A DNA stretch of 64,000 nucleotides from NCBI GenBank assembly GCA_052327205.1, contig CM126211.1:8246001-8310000 (forward strand). The letters run 5' to 3'. Origin of the DNA: Somniosus microcephalus. Lineage: Eukaryota. Below, one piece after another: positions 14,084 to 25,406 of the stretch. Positions within the stretch are counted from its first letter, which is position 1. Each line of letters begins with the position of its first letter. The translations under genes and the position numbers were made by a program. A model generated the notes under the pieces. It was not told where the DNA came from, made no database searches, and saw nothing but the letters and a program-made list of their open reading frames with translations.

Positions 14084-14504
14084 TAATAATTTCAATCTCT
14101 TCAACTAGAAAGACTGAACAGGCGGGGGCTCTTTTCTCTAGAAAAGAGAAGGCTGAGGGGTGACCCGATAGAGGTCTTTAAGATTATGAATGGGTTCGAT
14201 AGGGTAGACACAGAGAAGATGTTTCCACTTGTGGGGGAGACCAGAACTAGGGGCCGTAAATATAAGATAATCACTAATAAATCCAATAGGGAATTCAGGA
14301 GAAACGTCTTTACCCAGAGAGTGGTGAGAATGAGGAACTCGCTACCACAGGGAGTGGTTGAGGTGAAGAGCATAGTAAAATCATTTATATTATTATTTAA
14401 TAATTTTCCAGCAATCATATTACCGTGATGCTAATTTTAAATCTGGGGCAAAAAAACTGCATACAATAACGTGCTTCTCTTGCCTGCAACAATCCAACTT
14501 TCCA

Positions 14505-15192
14505 GATGAGTTAGCATGCAGGTTCAGCAAGTACTCAAAAAGGCAAATGGAATGTTGGCCTTTATTTCAAGGGGGTTGGAGTATAAAAGTAGGGAAGTCC
14601 TGCTACAACTGTACAGGGTGTTGGTGAGACCACACCTGGAGTACTGCGTACAGTTTTGGTCTCCTTATTTAAGGAGGGATATACTTGCATTGGAGGCAGT
14701 TCAGAGACGATTCACTCGGTTGATTCCTGAGATGAAGGGGTTGACTTATGAGGAAAGGTTGAGCAGGTTGGGCCTATACTCATTGGAATTTAGAAGAATG
14801 AGAGGTGATCTTATTGAAACATATAAGATACTGAGGGGGCTCGACAAGGTAGATGCAGAGAGGATGTTTCCCCTCGTGGGGAAATCTGGAGCTAGGGGGC
14901 ATAGTCTCAGAATAAAGGGTCGCCCTTTTAGAACTGAGATGAGGAGGAATTTCTTCTCTCAGAGGGTCGTAAATCTGTGGAATTCTCTGCCCCAGAGAGC
15001 CGTGGAGGCTGGGTCATTAAATACAGTTAAAGTGGAGATAGACAGATTTTTGCAAGATAAGGGAGTGAAGGGTTATGGGGAGTGGGTGGGGAAGTGGCTT
15101 TGAGCCCAAGATCAGCCATGATCTTATTGAATGGCAGAGCAGGCTCGAGGGGCCAAGTGGCCTATTCCTGCTCCTATTTCTTATGTTCTTAT
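14505..15192 (+). mobile_element. 5'-truncated CR1 (ORF2 C-terminus and 3' tail)
   Basis: ORF 14516..15103 with RPHLEYCVQFWSPYL and FFSQRVVNLWNSLP. Confidence 0.9.
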
Positions 15193-16311
15193 GAGTACAG
15201 GAACTAGTGGCGAGACTGGAGAAGCTGGGATTGTTCTCCTTAGAGCAGAGAAGGTTAAAGGGAGATTTGATAGAGGTGTTCAAAAATCATGTCGGGTTTT
15301 GTTAGAGTAAGTAAGCAGAAACTGTTTCCAGTGGCAGGAGGGTCGGTAACCAGAGGACACAGATTGAAGGTAATTGACAAAAAATCCAGAGGGGAGATGA
15401 GGAGATTTTCTTTACGCAGCGAGTTGTTGTGATCTGGAATGCGCTGCCTGAAAGGGCGGTGGAAGCAGATTCAATAGTAACTTTCAAAAGGAAATTGGAT
15501 AAATACTTGAAAAGGAAAAATTTTCAGGGCTATGAGGAAAGAGCAGGGGGAGTGGGACTAATTGGAGAGAATCTTTCAAAGAGCCGGCACAGGCATGATG
15601 GGCCGAATGGCCTCTTTCTGAGCTGTATCATTCTATGAAGTGCCATGAATCTGAGATCATGACGATATTGAAACTGTGAATGTGTGACATTAAATTCCAG
15701 TGCTCCAAAACTGGAAGCACTAAATTTAAAAATATATTTTTAACATTGTGCTTCTATCTTCCTTTCATATGATCTCGGAACATAGGAACAGGAGGAGGCC
15801 ATTCAGCCCCTCGAGCCTGCTCCGCAATTCAATTAGTTCATCGCTGATCTGTATCTTAACTCCATCTACCCGCCTTGGTTCTGTAACCCTTAATACCCTT
15901 ACCCAACAAAACTCTATCAATCTCAATTTTGAAATTTTCAATTGACCCCCAGCCTCAACAGCTTTTTGGCGGGAGAGAGTTCCAGATTTCCACCACCCTT
16001 TGTGTGAAGAAGTGCTTCCTGACATCACCCCTGAACGGCCTGGCTCTAATTTTAAGGTTCTGCCCCCTTGTTCTGGACTCCCCCCCACCAGAGGAAATAG
16101 TTTCTCTCTCTCGACCCCATCAACTCCTTTAATCATCTTAAACACCTCGATTAGATCACCCCTTAATCTTCTATACTCAAGGGAATACAAGCCCAGTCTG
16201 TGCAACCTGTCGTGATTTAACCCTTTGTTCTGCTCCATATAAAACATGATATGAGACAACTAAAGTAATTTTCTAGCAGATTTGCTCATTTTTCATTTAT
16301 ATTTATAATAA

Positions 16312-16962
<651 letters not shown>

Positions 16963-17081
16963 TAAAAAAGATTTCCAAGGATGATACCAGAATTGAGAGG
17001 TTATCACCATCAGGAAAGTCTGAACAGGCGGGGGCTCGTTTCTCTAGAAAAGGGAAGGCTGAGGGGTGACCTGATAGAGGG

Positions 17082-17295
17082 TGATGCGCCATCAATTACT
17101 CATAAAAGACTCAGAGTTAGAAGAGTAACTAAAGGCTTTTATTAACAACAGAATGGAGGTCTGCCTCGCGTGGTCGACCAGTCCAGGATACAAAGGGCTG
17201 GGGAGCAGTCACCTTTATACTAGGACTTGTGGGAGGAGTCAGCCGAGGCATGTCCAGGCATGTACACAGTGGAATACAAACAGTGGTTTACCACA
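17082..17295 (-). repeat. 3' LTR (214 bp), preceded by a polypurine tract (about 17296-17310)
   Basis: Sense strand reads AAACAAGGGGTGAA|TGTGGTAAAC...CATCA. Confidence 0.95.
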
Positions 17296-19766
17296 TTCAC
17301 CCCTTGTTTAAAATTGAGTCCAGCGGGGTGAAGTGTATTAAAAGTTAGTGTATTGGAGTCTCTCCGGAGGTCTTGTCTGCCGCTGTGATCGGCGTGGCGA
17401 CGGCAGGGGTAGTGGAGCTTCCGGCGTCGAGTCCTGCGTGGGCTGTGGCACAGGCGTGTCGTCCTCGTAGATGTCGAGCGGGTCGCGGGGCCCAGGCCTG
17501 CCGTCTGCTGGGGCTGGATATCGGATCGTGGGGGGGGGGGTGGTAGTGGGTAGTGGGTTACTGCGGCCCCCGAGGGTGCAAGGTCTCTTATGGAGACTGT
17601 GTCCTCCCGCCCGTCCGGGTATGCGATGTAAGCATACTGGGGGTTGGCGTGGAGGAGGTCGACCCTCTCGACCAGGGGGTCCGTTTTATGGGTCCTCACG
17701 TGTCTTCTCAGTAGGACCGGCCCTGGGGACGTCAGCCATGGCGGTAGCGATGTGGACTTCCTTGGGAAGACAAACATTTTCTCATGAGGGGTGGCGTTAG
17801 TGGCAGTGCAGAGCAGTGACCGAATAGAGTGGAGCGCATCGGGGAGCACATCCTGCCAGCGGGAGGTTGGAAGGCCCCTAGACTTTAAGGCTAGCAGGGC
17901 GGCCTTCCAAACTGTCGCATTTTCTCTTTCCACCTGTCCGTTCCCCCGGGGGTTGTAACTGGTGGTCCTGCTTGTGGCAATACCCCTAGTTAGCAGGTAC
18001 TGACGGAGTTCGTCGCTCATAAACGATGAGCCCCGGTCGCTATGGATATAGCTGGGGAAGCCGAACAGGGTGAAGAGGTTGTTCAGACATTTAATGACCG
18101 TGGCACTGGTCATGTCCGGGCAGGGGAAGGCAAACGGGAAACGGGAGTACTCATCAATAATATTGAGGAAGTACACATTGCGGTCGGAGGAGGGAAGAGG
18201 CCCTTTAAAATCAACGCTCAGGCGCTCGAAGGGGCGAGTGGCTTTTATTAGGTGGGCCCTGTCTGGTCTATAAAAGTGCGGTTTGCACTCAGCGCAGACT
18301 TGGCAGTTCCTGGTCATGGTCCTGACCTCCTCAATAGAGTAAGGCAGGTTGCGGGCCTTGATGAAGTGGAAGAACCTGGTGACCCCCGGGTGGCAGAGGT
18401 CATTGTGGAGGGCCCGCAGTCTATCGATCTGCGCGCTGGCGCAGGTGCCACGCGATAGCGCATCTGGGGGTTCATTTAGCTTCCCGGGCCGGTACAAGAT
18501 CCCGTAGTTGTAGGTGGAAAGTTCGATTCTCCACCTCAAGATCTTGTCATTTTTGATTTTGCCCCTCTGCTTGTTGTTAAACATAAAAGCAACTGAACGC
18601 TGGTCAGTGAGCAGGGTAAATCGTTTTCCGGCCAGGTAGTGCCTCCAATGACGCACAGCCTCCACAATCGCCTGGGCCTCCTTCTCAACAGCGGAGTGTC
18701 TGGTCTCCGGGCCTTGGAGGGTTCGTGAAAAGAAGGCCACGGGTCTCCCCGCCTGATTGAGGGTAGCGGCCAGGGCAAAGTCGGACGCGTCGCTTTCCAC
18801 CTGGAAGGGGATGGATTCGTCCACTGCGTGCATGGTGGCTTTGGCAATGTCCTCCTTGATACGGTGGAAGGCTAAGCGGGCCTCTGCCGTCAAGGGAAAA
18901 GAGGTGGACTTGATCAGCGGATGGGCCTTGTCCGCATAGTAGGGGACCCACTGGGCATAATAGGAGAAAAACCCTAGGCACCTCTTCAGGGCCTTGAGGC
19001 AGTGGGGCAGTGGAAGTTCCATAAGGGGACGCATCCGGTCGGGGTCGGGGCCGATGACTCCGTGTTCCACAACACAGCCAAGGATGGCGAGGCGGTTTGT
19101 GCGGAATATGCACTTCTCCTTGTTATATGTCAGGTTTAGGAGTTGGGCGGTGCGGAGGAATTTTTCGAGGTTTGCGTCATGGTCCTGCAAGTCACGGCCG
19201 CAGATGGTCACATTGTCCAGATATGGGAAAGTGGCCTGCAACGCATTTTGATCTACCATCCGGTCCATCTCCCTTTGGAAGACGGAGACCCCGTTGGTGA
19301 CGCCAAAGGGAACCCTAAGGAAGTGATAGAGGCGGCCGTTTGCCTCAAAGGCAGTGTACTGGCGGTCCTCAGGGCGGATGGGGAGCTGGTGGTACGCTGA
19401 TTTCAGGTCAATGGTTGAGAAGACGCGGTACTGCGCGATCTGGTTGACCATATCAGCTATACGGGGGAGTGGGTAGGCGTCCAGCAGGGTGTAGTGATTT
19501 ATTGTCTGGCTGTAGTCGATGACCAGGCGCTGCTTCTCGCCGGTCCTAACGACCACAACCTGGGCTCGCCAGGGGCTGGTGCTGCCCTCAATAATCCCTT
19601 CTTTCAGGAGCCGCTCCACTTCGGTTTTAATGAAAACCCTGTCCCCGGCACTGTATCGCCTGCTCTTTGTGGCGATGGGCTTACAGTCGGGGGTGAGGTT
19701 AGCAAACAGTGGTGGGGGGGGGTGACTCTGAGTGTGGAGAGATTGCACCTGGTGCGCGGCGGGCAA
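17220..19766 (-). CDS. Gypsy pol (RT-RNase H-integrase)
   Basis: RT motifs SPW, DLKSAYHQ, PFG, YLDN; RNase H DAS...EKEA...TDQ...DALSR; integrase HHCC (HNDLCH...CQVC) and D-D-E (VDF, SDRG, VERE). Confidence 0.95.
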   Translation of the reverse strand: MPAAHQVQSLHTQSHPPPPLFANLTPDCKPIATKSRRYSAGDRVFIKTEVERLLKEGIIEGSTSPWRAQVVVVRTGEKQRLVIDYSQTINHYTLLDAYPLPRIADMVNQIAQYRVFSTIDLKSAYHQLPIRPEDRQYTAFEANGRLYHFLRVPFGVTNGVSVFQREMDRMVDQNALQATFPYLDNVTICGRDLQDHDANLEKFLRTAQLLNLTYNKEKCIFRTNRLAILGCVVEHGVIGPDPDRMRPLMELPLPHCLKALKRCLGFFSYYAQWVPYYADKAHPLIKSTSFPLTAEARLAFHRIKEDIAKATMHAVDESIPFQVESDASDFALAATLNQAGRPVAFFSRTLQGPETRHSAVEKEAQAIVEAVRHWRHYLAGKRFTLLTDQRSVAFMFNNKQRGKIKNDKILRWRIELSTYNYGILYRPGKLNEPPDALSRGTCASAQIDRLRALHNDLCHPGVTRFFHFIKARNLPYSIEEVRTMTRNCQVCAECKPHFYRPDRAHLIKATRPFERLSVDFKGPLPSSDRNVYFLNIIDEYSRFPFAFPCPDMTSATVIKCLNNLFTLFGFPSYIHSDRGSSFMSDELRQYLLTRGIATSRTTSYNPRGNGQVERENATVWKAALLALKSRGLPTSRWQDVLPDALHSIRSLLCTATNATPHEKMFVFPRKSTSLPPWLTSPGPVLLRRHVRTHKTDPLVERVDLLHANPQYAYIAYPDGREDTVSIRDLAPSGAAVTHYPLPPPPPRSDIQPQQTAGLGPATRSTSTRTTRLCHSPRRTRRRKLHYPCRRHADHSGRQDLRRDSNTLTFNTLHPAGLNFKQGVNVVNHCLYSTVYMPGHASADSSHKS

Positions 19767-21172
19767 TTTGGAAGCTGCTGGCTGCGGACTGTGAGTGGGG
19801 GTAGGGGTCCACCGTACGCCATCGTAACACTTTTAAGGTGGCATTGAAAATCTAACCCCAGCAGGACGGCAGCGCAGAGGTCAGGCAGGACCAGAAGTTT
19901 AAAATGATCGTACATGGTCCCGTCTACTACGAGTGTCACCACGCAGTAGCCGCCGATGTCCGCCGACTGGGACTCGGAGGCCATAGAAATCCGCTGTTGC
20001 GCAGGCAGGACTGGGAGAGAGCAACGCCACACTGTGTCGGGGTGGATGAAGCTCTCCGTGCTCCCAGAGTCAAAAAGGCAGATTGTATCGTGACCATTTA
20101 CCTTAATGTCCATTGTGGAACTGGCCAGTTGGTGCGGTCTCGCTTGGTCCAGTGTAACGGATGCCAGCGTAGGGGTCAGTGTGTCGCTGCGGGTATCAGA
20201 TGAGGCGGTGTCGGGGGCCTGCTGCGTCCCGGCTGTCGTCCAAGATGGCGGCGTCCATGATCCCCATGTGGCTGGAGGCGTCCAAAATGGCTGCTGTACC
20301 GGTGATTTGCACATGGCCGGGGAGGTCCAAGATGGCGGCCCGCATGGCCCACACGCGGCGCTGCTGGGGTTCGGGGTGGCTTTGGCCCTGCAGACGCTAG
20401 CGTAGTGTCCCTTCTTCCCGCAGCCCGAGCAGATCGCGTTTTTCGCCGGGCAGCGCGCTCTGGGGTGTTTTGCCTGGCCACAGAAGTAGCATTTCTGGCC
20501 TTGGGGCACTGCTGTCTGGCCTTGGGACACTGCTGCAGTAGTTGGGCCGTTGTTGGGGTGTGGCTGGGGTGGCACGGCGCTATGAGGCGGTCCTACCGTG
20601 TCCCAGGCTGTCATTCCCCGCGGCGTCCACGGTGCAGAGGAGTAGGCATCCATGCCCTGGTAGGCTGCATCCAACGATAGTGCGAGTTCAGAGGCCTTGT
20701 TGAGGTCGAGGTTACTCTGCTCCAACAGTCGCTGTCGGGTGTAATTGGATCTGTGGCCCGCTACAAAAGCGTCCCGGATAAGTTCCTCTGTGTACACGGC
20801 GGCCTTTACATCCTTACAACCACAGGCCCGGCCAAGCACAGACAGTGCCTGAAGGTATTCCACGGTCGATTCCCCAGGTTGTTGTTTACGACTCCCCAGG
20901 AGGTGCCTGGCGTACACTTCATTCACTGGGCGCGTGTACTGGTCCTTGAGGAGCTTGATGGCGTCCGCGTACGAGGTCGCGTCTTGGATGACCGAGTACA
21001 CTCGGTGGTTCACTTTGGAGGTCAGGACATCCAGTTTGTCCTCGTCCGATTTGATTGCTTCGGAGGCGGTCAGGAATTTTTCGAAACACTTAAGCCAGTG
21101 AGTAAACTTGGTGGATGAGTCCGCCTCCCGATGATCTAAGTCCAGGCATGCTGGTGTGAGGATCTTCTCCAT
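19604..21172 (-). CDS. Gypsy gag-protease ORF (522 aa)
   Basis: Two CCHC knuckles (CYFCGQAKHPRARC, CSGCGKKGHYASVC) and aspartic protease motif LFDSGS; shifts out of frame at a C9 run (19714-19722). Confidence 0.92.
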   Translation of the reverse strand: MEKILTPACLDLDHREADSSTKFTHWLKCFEKFLTASEAIKSDEDKLDVLTSKVNHRVYSVIQDATSYADAIKLLKDQYTRPVNEVYARHLLGSRKQQPGESTVEYLQALSVLGRACGCKDVKAAVYTEELIRDAFVAGHRSNYTRQRLLEQSNLDLNKASELALSLDAAYQGMDAYSSAPWTPRGMTAWDTVGPPHSAVPPQPHPNNGPTTAAVSQGQTAVPQGQKCYFCGQAKHPRARCPAKNAICSGCGKKGHYASVCRAKATPNPSSAACGPCGPPSWTSPAMCKSPVQQPFWTPPATWGSWTPPSWTTAGTQQAPDTASSDTRSDTLTPTLASVTLDQARPHQLASSTMDIKVNGHDTICLFDSGSTESFIHPDTVWRCSLPVLPAQQRISMASESQSADIGGYCVVTLVVDGTMYDHFKLLVLPDLCAAVLLGLDFQCHLKSVTMAYGGPLPPLTVRSQQLPNCPPRTRCNLSTLRVTPPHHCLLTSPPTVSPSPQRAGDTVPGTGFSLKPKWSGS

Positions 21173-21195
21173 TATAAAAATGTTGTTAATAAAAT

Positions 21196-21430
21196 TGATG
21201 CGCTATCAATTACTCATAAAAGACTGAGAGTTAGAAGAGTAACTAAAGGCTTTTATTAACAACAGAATGGAGGTCTGCCTCGCGTGGTCGACCGGTCCAG
21301 GATACCAAGGGCTGGGGAGCAGTCACCTTTATACTAGGACCTGTGGGAGGAGTCAGCCGAGGCATGTCCAGGCATGTACACAGTGGAATACAAACAGGAC
21401 AAACAGGAATACAAACAGTGGTTTACCACA
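21196..21430 (-). repeat. 5' LTR (235 bp) with TATAAA box and AATAAA
   Basis: Matches 17082-17295 except for about 5 substitutions and a 21-bp internal duplication (ggaatacaaacag repeat). Confidence 0.95.
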
Positions 21431-24400
21431 GAGGGCTTTAAAATTATGAAGGGGTGTGATAGGGTAGACATAGAGAAGATGTTTCCACTTGTGGGAGAGA
21501 CTAAAACTAGGGACCATAAATATAAGATAGTCACTAATAAATCCAATAGGGAATTCAGGAGAAACTTCTCTACCCAGAGAGTGGTGAGAATGTGGAACTC
21601 GCTACCACAGGGAGTGGTTGAGGTGAATAGCAGAGATACATTTAAAGAGAAGCTCGATAAACACATGAGGGAGAAAGGAATAGAAGGATATGCTGATAGG
21701 GTGAGATGAGGAGGGGAGGGAGGAGGCTCGTGTGGAGCAGAAACACCGGCATGGACCAGTTGGGCCGAATGGCCTGTTTCTGTGCTGTACATTCAATGTC
21801 ATTCGTGTATATGGCTCAGTAAAGCAATAGCTTTCTTTAAGTATAGGGCGGCAGGGGAGTGGAACTAATTGGACAATTCTTTCAAAGAGCCGGCACAGGC
21901 ACGATGGGCCGAATGGCCTCCTATTAAAAGAAAGACTTACATTTATATAGTGCCTTCCACCACCTCAGGATGTCTCAAAGTGCTTTGAAGCCAATGAAGT
22001 ACTTTTTGAAGTGTAGTCACTGTTGTAATGTGGGAAACGCAGCAGCCAATTTGCGCTCAGCAAGCTCCCACAAACAGTAATGGTGATGATAACTAGATCA
22101 TCTGCTTTTGTTATGTTGGTTGAGGGATAAATATTGGCCCCAGGGCACTGGGGGAGAACTCCCCCCCTGCTCTTTTTCGAAATAGTGCCATGGGATCTTT
22201 TACGCTCACCTGAGAGAGCAGACGGGGCCTCGTTTTAACGTCTCATCTGAACGACGGCACCTCCGACAGTGCAGCACTCCCTCAGTACTGCACTGGGAGT
22301 GTCAGGTTAGATTTATGTGCTCAAGTCTCTGGACTGGGACTTGAACCCACGACCTTCTGACTCAGAGGTGAGGGTGCTGCCCACTGAGCCACAGCGGACA
22401 AAAATGGAACGTACAGCACAGAAACTGGCCATTTGGCCCAACCAGTCTGTATTGGTGTTTAGACTCCACACGAATCTCCTCGACATTCCATCTGCCTCAT
22501 CTCAGCCTTTCAGCGTATCTTTCAATTCCCTTTTATTTCGCGTACTCATCCAGCTTCCCCTTAAATGTATCGATACTATTCGCCTCAACCACTCCCTGTG
22601 GTAGCGAGTTCCACATTCTCACCACTCTCTGGGTAAAGAAGTTTCTCCTGAATTCCCGATTGGATTTATTAGTAACGATCTTATATTTATAACAACAACA
22701 ACTTGTATTTATATAGCGCCTTTAACGTAGTAAAACATCCTAAGCAGTATCATAAGACAAATATTTGACACCGAGCCACATAAGGAGAAATTAGGGCAGG
22801 TGACCAAAAGCTTGGTTTTAAGGAGCGTCTTAAAGGAGGAAAGAGGGGCAGAGAGGTTTAGGCAGGCAATTCCAGAGCTTAGGGCCGAGGCAACAGAAGG
22901 CACGGCCACCAATGGTTGAGTGATTATAATCAGGGATGCTCAAGAGGGCAGAATTGGAGGAGCGCAAGATATCTCTGGGGGGGGTGGGGGGGTTGTGGGG
23001 CTGGAGGAGATTACAGAGATAGGGAGGGGCGAGGCCATGGAGGGATTTGAAAACAAGGATGAGAATTTTGAAATCAAGGCGCTGCTTAACTGAGAGCCAA
23101 TGTAGGCCAGCGAGCACAGGGGGGGGTGATGGGTGAACAGAACTCGGTGCGAGTTAGGACACAGGCAGCCGAGTTTTGGATGAGGATTTCAGCAGCAGAT
23201 GAGCCCCTAGTTTTGGATTCTCCCACAAGTACGTGCTGTATCATTCTGTGATTCTTTGATAAGAAAGCAACGCACCTCGGCTGAGAAGCAATGTTCGAGG
23301 TACCAGTGAAAGGAATGAGAAGCATGGATAGCGTCTTAAACTGAGCTGCAGGAACTGCCATAATACTGGGGGAAAAGCTTTCAAAATTCACTAAACTCTG
23401 AATGTAATATGTGAAGGAGCAGAGGAGCAGGAATGGCTTTTTTCTGCATGAGCTACCTCGTCAATAGCCTTGTGCAGTGACACCGCCATGATAATTGGAC
23501 TGTCATTTTTAACGAGCTGATAGAATAAAGTTAGTGTGAAGCTCAGTGGAAACGCAGTACTAGAGCAACGGAGCCAAGCAATCCGCAAAAACCTCTTTTG
23601 ATAAGTGTTCCAGATTTTTTTTCTGAACTCATTCAATATGCTCGCCAAGGCTTGTTCGGCAGCCCCCCTCCCCCTTCACCCCCCAAACCCACGACCTCTT
23701 CCACCTAGAATATGCTTTGGTCAGGGTTATGCACAGTTCATGATTCTATGAACTATTTAACAGAATTTTTAACAACACTGGTTTAAATGGTTCCTGAGGA
23801 CACGGTTTTAGGCGCGAGTAACTGCAAATAAGAATCACACTTCCACAGTTGCCATGGTATCAGTCAACATCCTGGTACTATTTTATCACAAGACAGCCAG
23901 CAGGTATGCATGACTGCTCTCTTGACTAGTTTCTGGTACTTTATGGCAGTGTGACCACACATTGGACCAATCAATAACAAGTCTTCTTCGGCAGCACCTC
24001 CCAAACCCGCGACCTCTTCCACCTAGAAGGACAAGGGCAGCAGGCGCATGGGAACACCGCCACCTCCAAGTTCCCCTCCAATTCACACACCATCCTGACT
24101 TGGAAATATATCGGCCGTTCCTTCATCGTCGCTGGGTCAAAATCCTGGAACTCCCTCCCTAACAGCGCTGTGGGAGCACCTTCACCACACGGACTGCAGT
24201 GGTTCAAGGCAGCGGATCACCACCACCTTCTCAAGGGGCAACTTGGGATGGGCAATAAATGCTGGCATTGCCAGCGACGCCCACATCCCGTGGATGAATT
24301 TAAAAAAAAAATTATATCGGAAATCCAGACAACAAATTGGATGTAACAAAGGTTTCAGAGATGTATTAGGGGGTTAGACTATAATGGGTAATTTAAGGAC

Positions 24401-24994
24401 ATTTATAGCTCGCAAAAAATATAAAAAATCAATTGTAATTTCTAAATGCTTGCTAAAATTAAAAAAACTTTGCACTTAAGCCACTTAAATAACACATAAA
24501 CGTTCTTTTCCCTGTCTGAATAACATCAATTATAAAATTGAAAGGCTGGTTATATTGCAGACTGCACTGTGAATGTAAAGTATGTCACTAGGCATTGCAT
24601 TTCCAGTATATGTTGCAGCCTCTTCGATACAGTGAATCATAGCAGAAGACAATAATATGTTTAGGCAAGTTTTACAGGCTACTGGTATTATTAGCTGCTG
24701 CATTTGTATAAAGAAATACAGATTTGCATTTATATAGCGCCTTTCACAATCTCAGGACGTCCCAAAGCACTTTACAGCCAATAAGTACTTTTTGAAGTGT
24801 AGTCACTGCTGTAATGTAGGAAACGCGGCAGCCAATTTATGCACAGCAAGCTCCCACAGACAGCAATAACCAGATAATAGGAACATAAGAAATAGGAGCT
24901 GGAGTCGGCCATTCGGCCCCTAGAGCCTGCTCCGCCATTCAATAAGATCATGGCTGATCTTCAACCTCAACTCCACTTTCCTGCACTATCCCCA

Positions 24995-25206
24995 TGACAT
25001 GAATCAGTCATTCATGAAAGAAAGACTTATGAAATAATACAGAGCGGCCTGCAGGTGGCGCTGTCCAGTGAGTATAAATACTCTGGCACGGGCCCAGCTT
25101 GTGCAGGACATTCTTAACAGGAACTAGTGAAGGACACAACTAGACCTCCATGTTGTAAAACTTTGTTTAACGCTTAGACCAAGTGCCTGGTAGTTTTCTT
25201 ATGTCA
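24995..25206 (+). mobile_element. Solo LTR (212 bp), same family as 3620-3814, nested in a CR1 3' end
   Basis: TGACAT...ATGTCA inverted ends, TSD CCCCA; reverse-complement match to 3620-3814. Confidence 0.85.
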
Positions 25207-25406
25207 CCCCATATCCCTTGATTCCCTTAATATTCAAAAATCTATCGCTCTCTGTCTTGAATATACTCAACGACTGAGCCTCCACAGCCCTCTGGGGTAG
25301 AGAATTCCAAAGATTCACCACCCTCGGAGTGAAGAAATCTCTCCTCATCTCAGTCCTAAATGGCCGACCCCTTATCCTGAGACTGTGACCCCTGGTTCTA
25401 GACTCT

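Larger units (their letters stand above)
17082..21430 (-). mobile_element. Gypsy (Metaviridae) LTR retrotransposon, near intact, inserted in a CR1 fragment
   Basis: TG...CA ends; 5-bp TSD GAGGG (17077-17081 and 21431-21435); two LTRs; gag-PR-RT-RH-IN order; the host CR1 sequence (RLRGDLIE|GFKIMKG) resumes on the far side. Confidence 0.97.
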
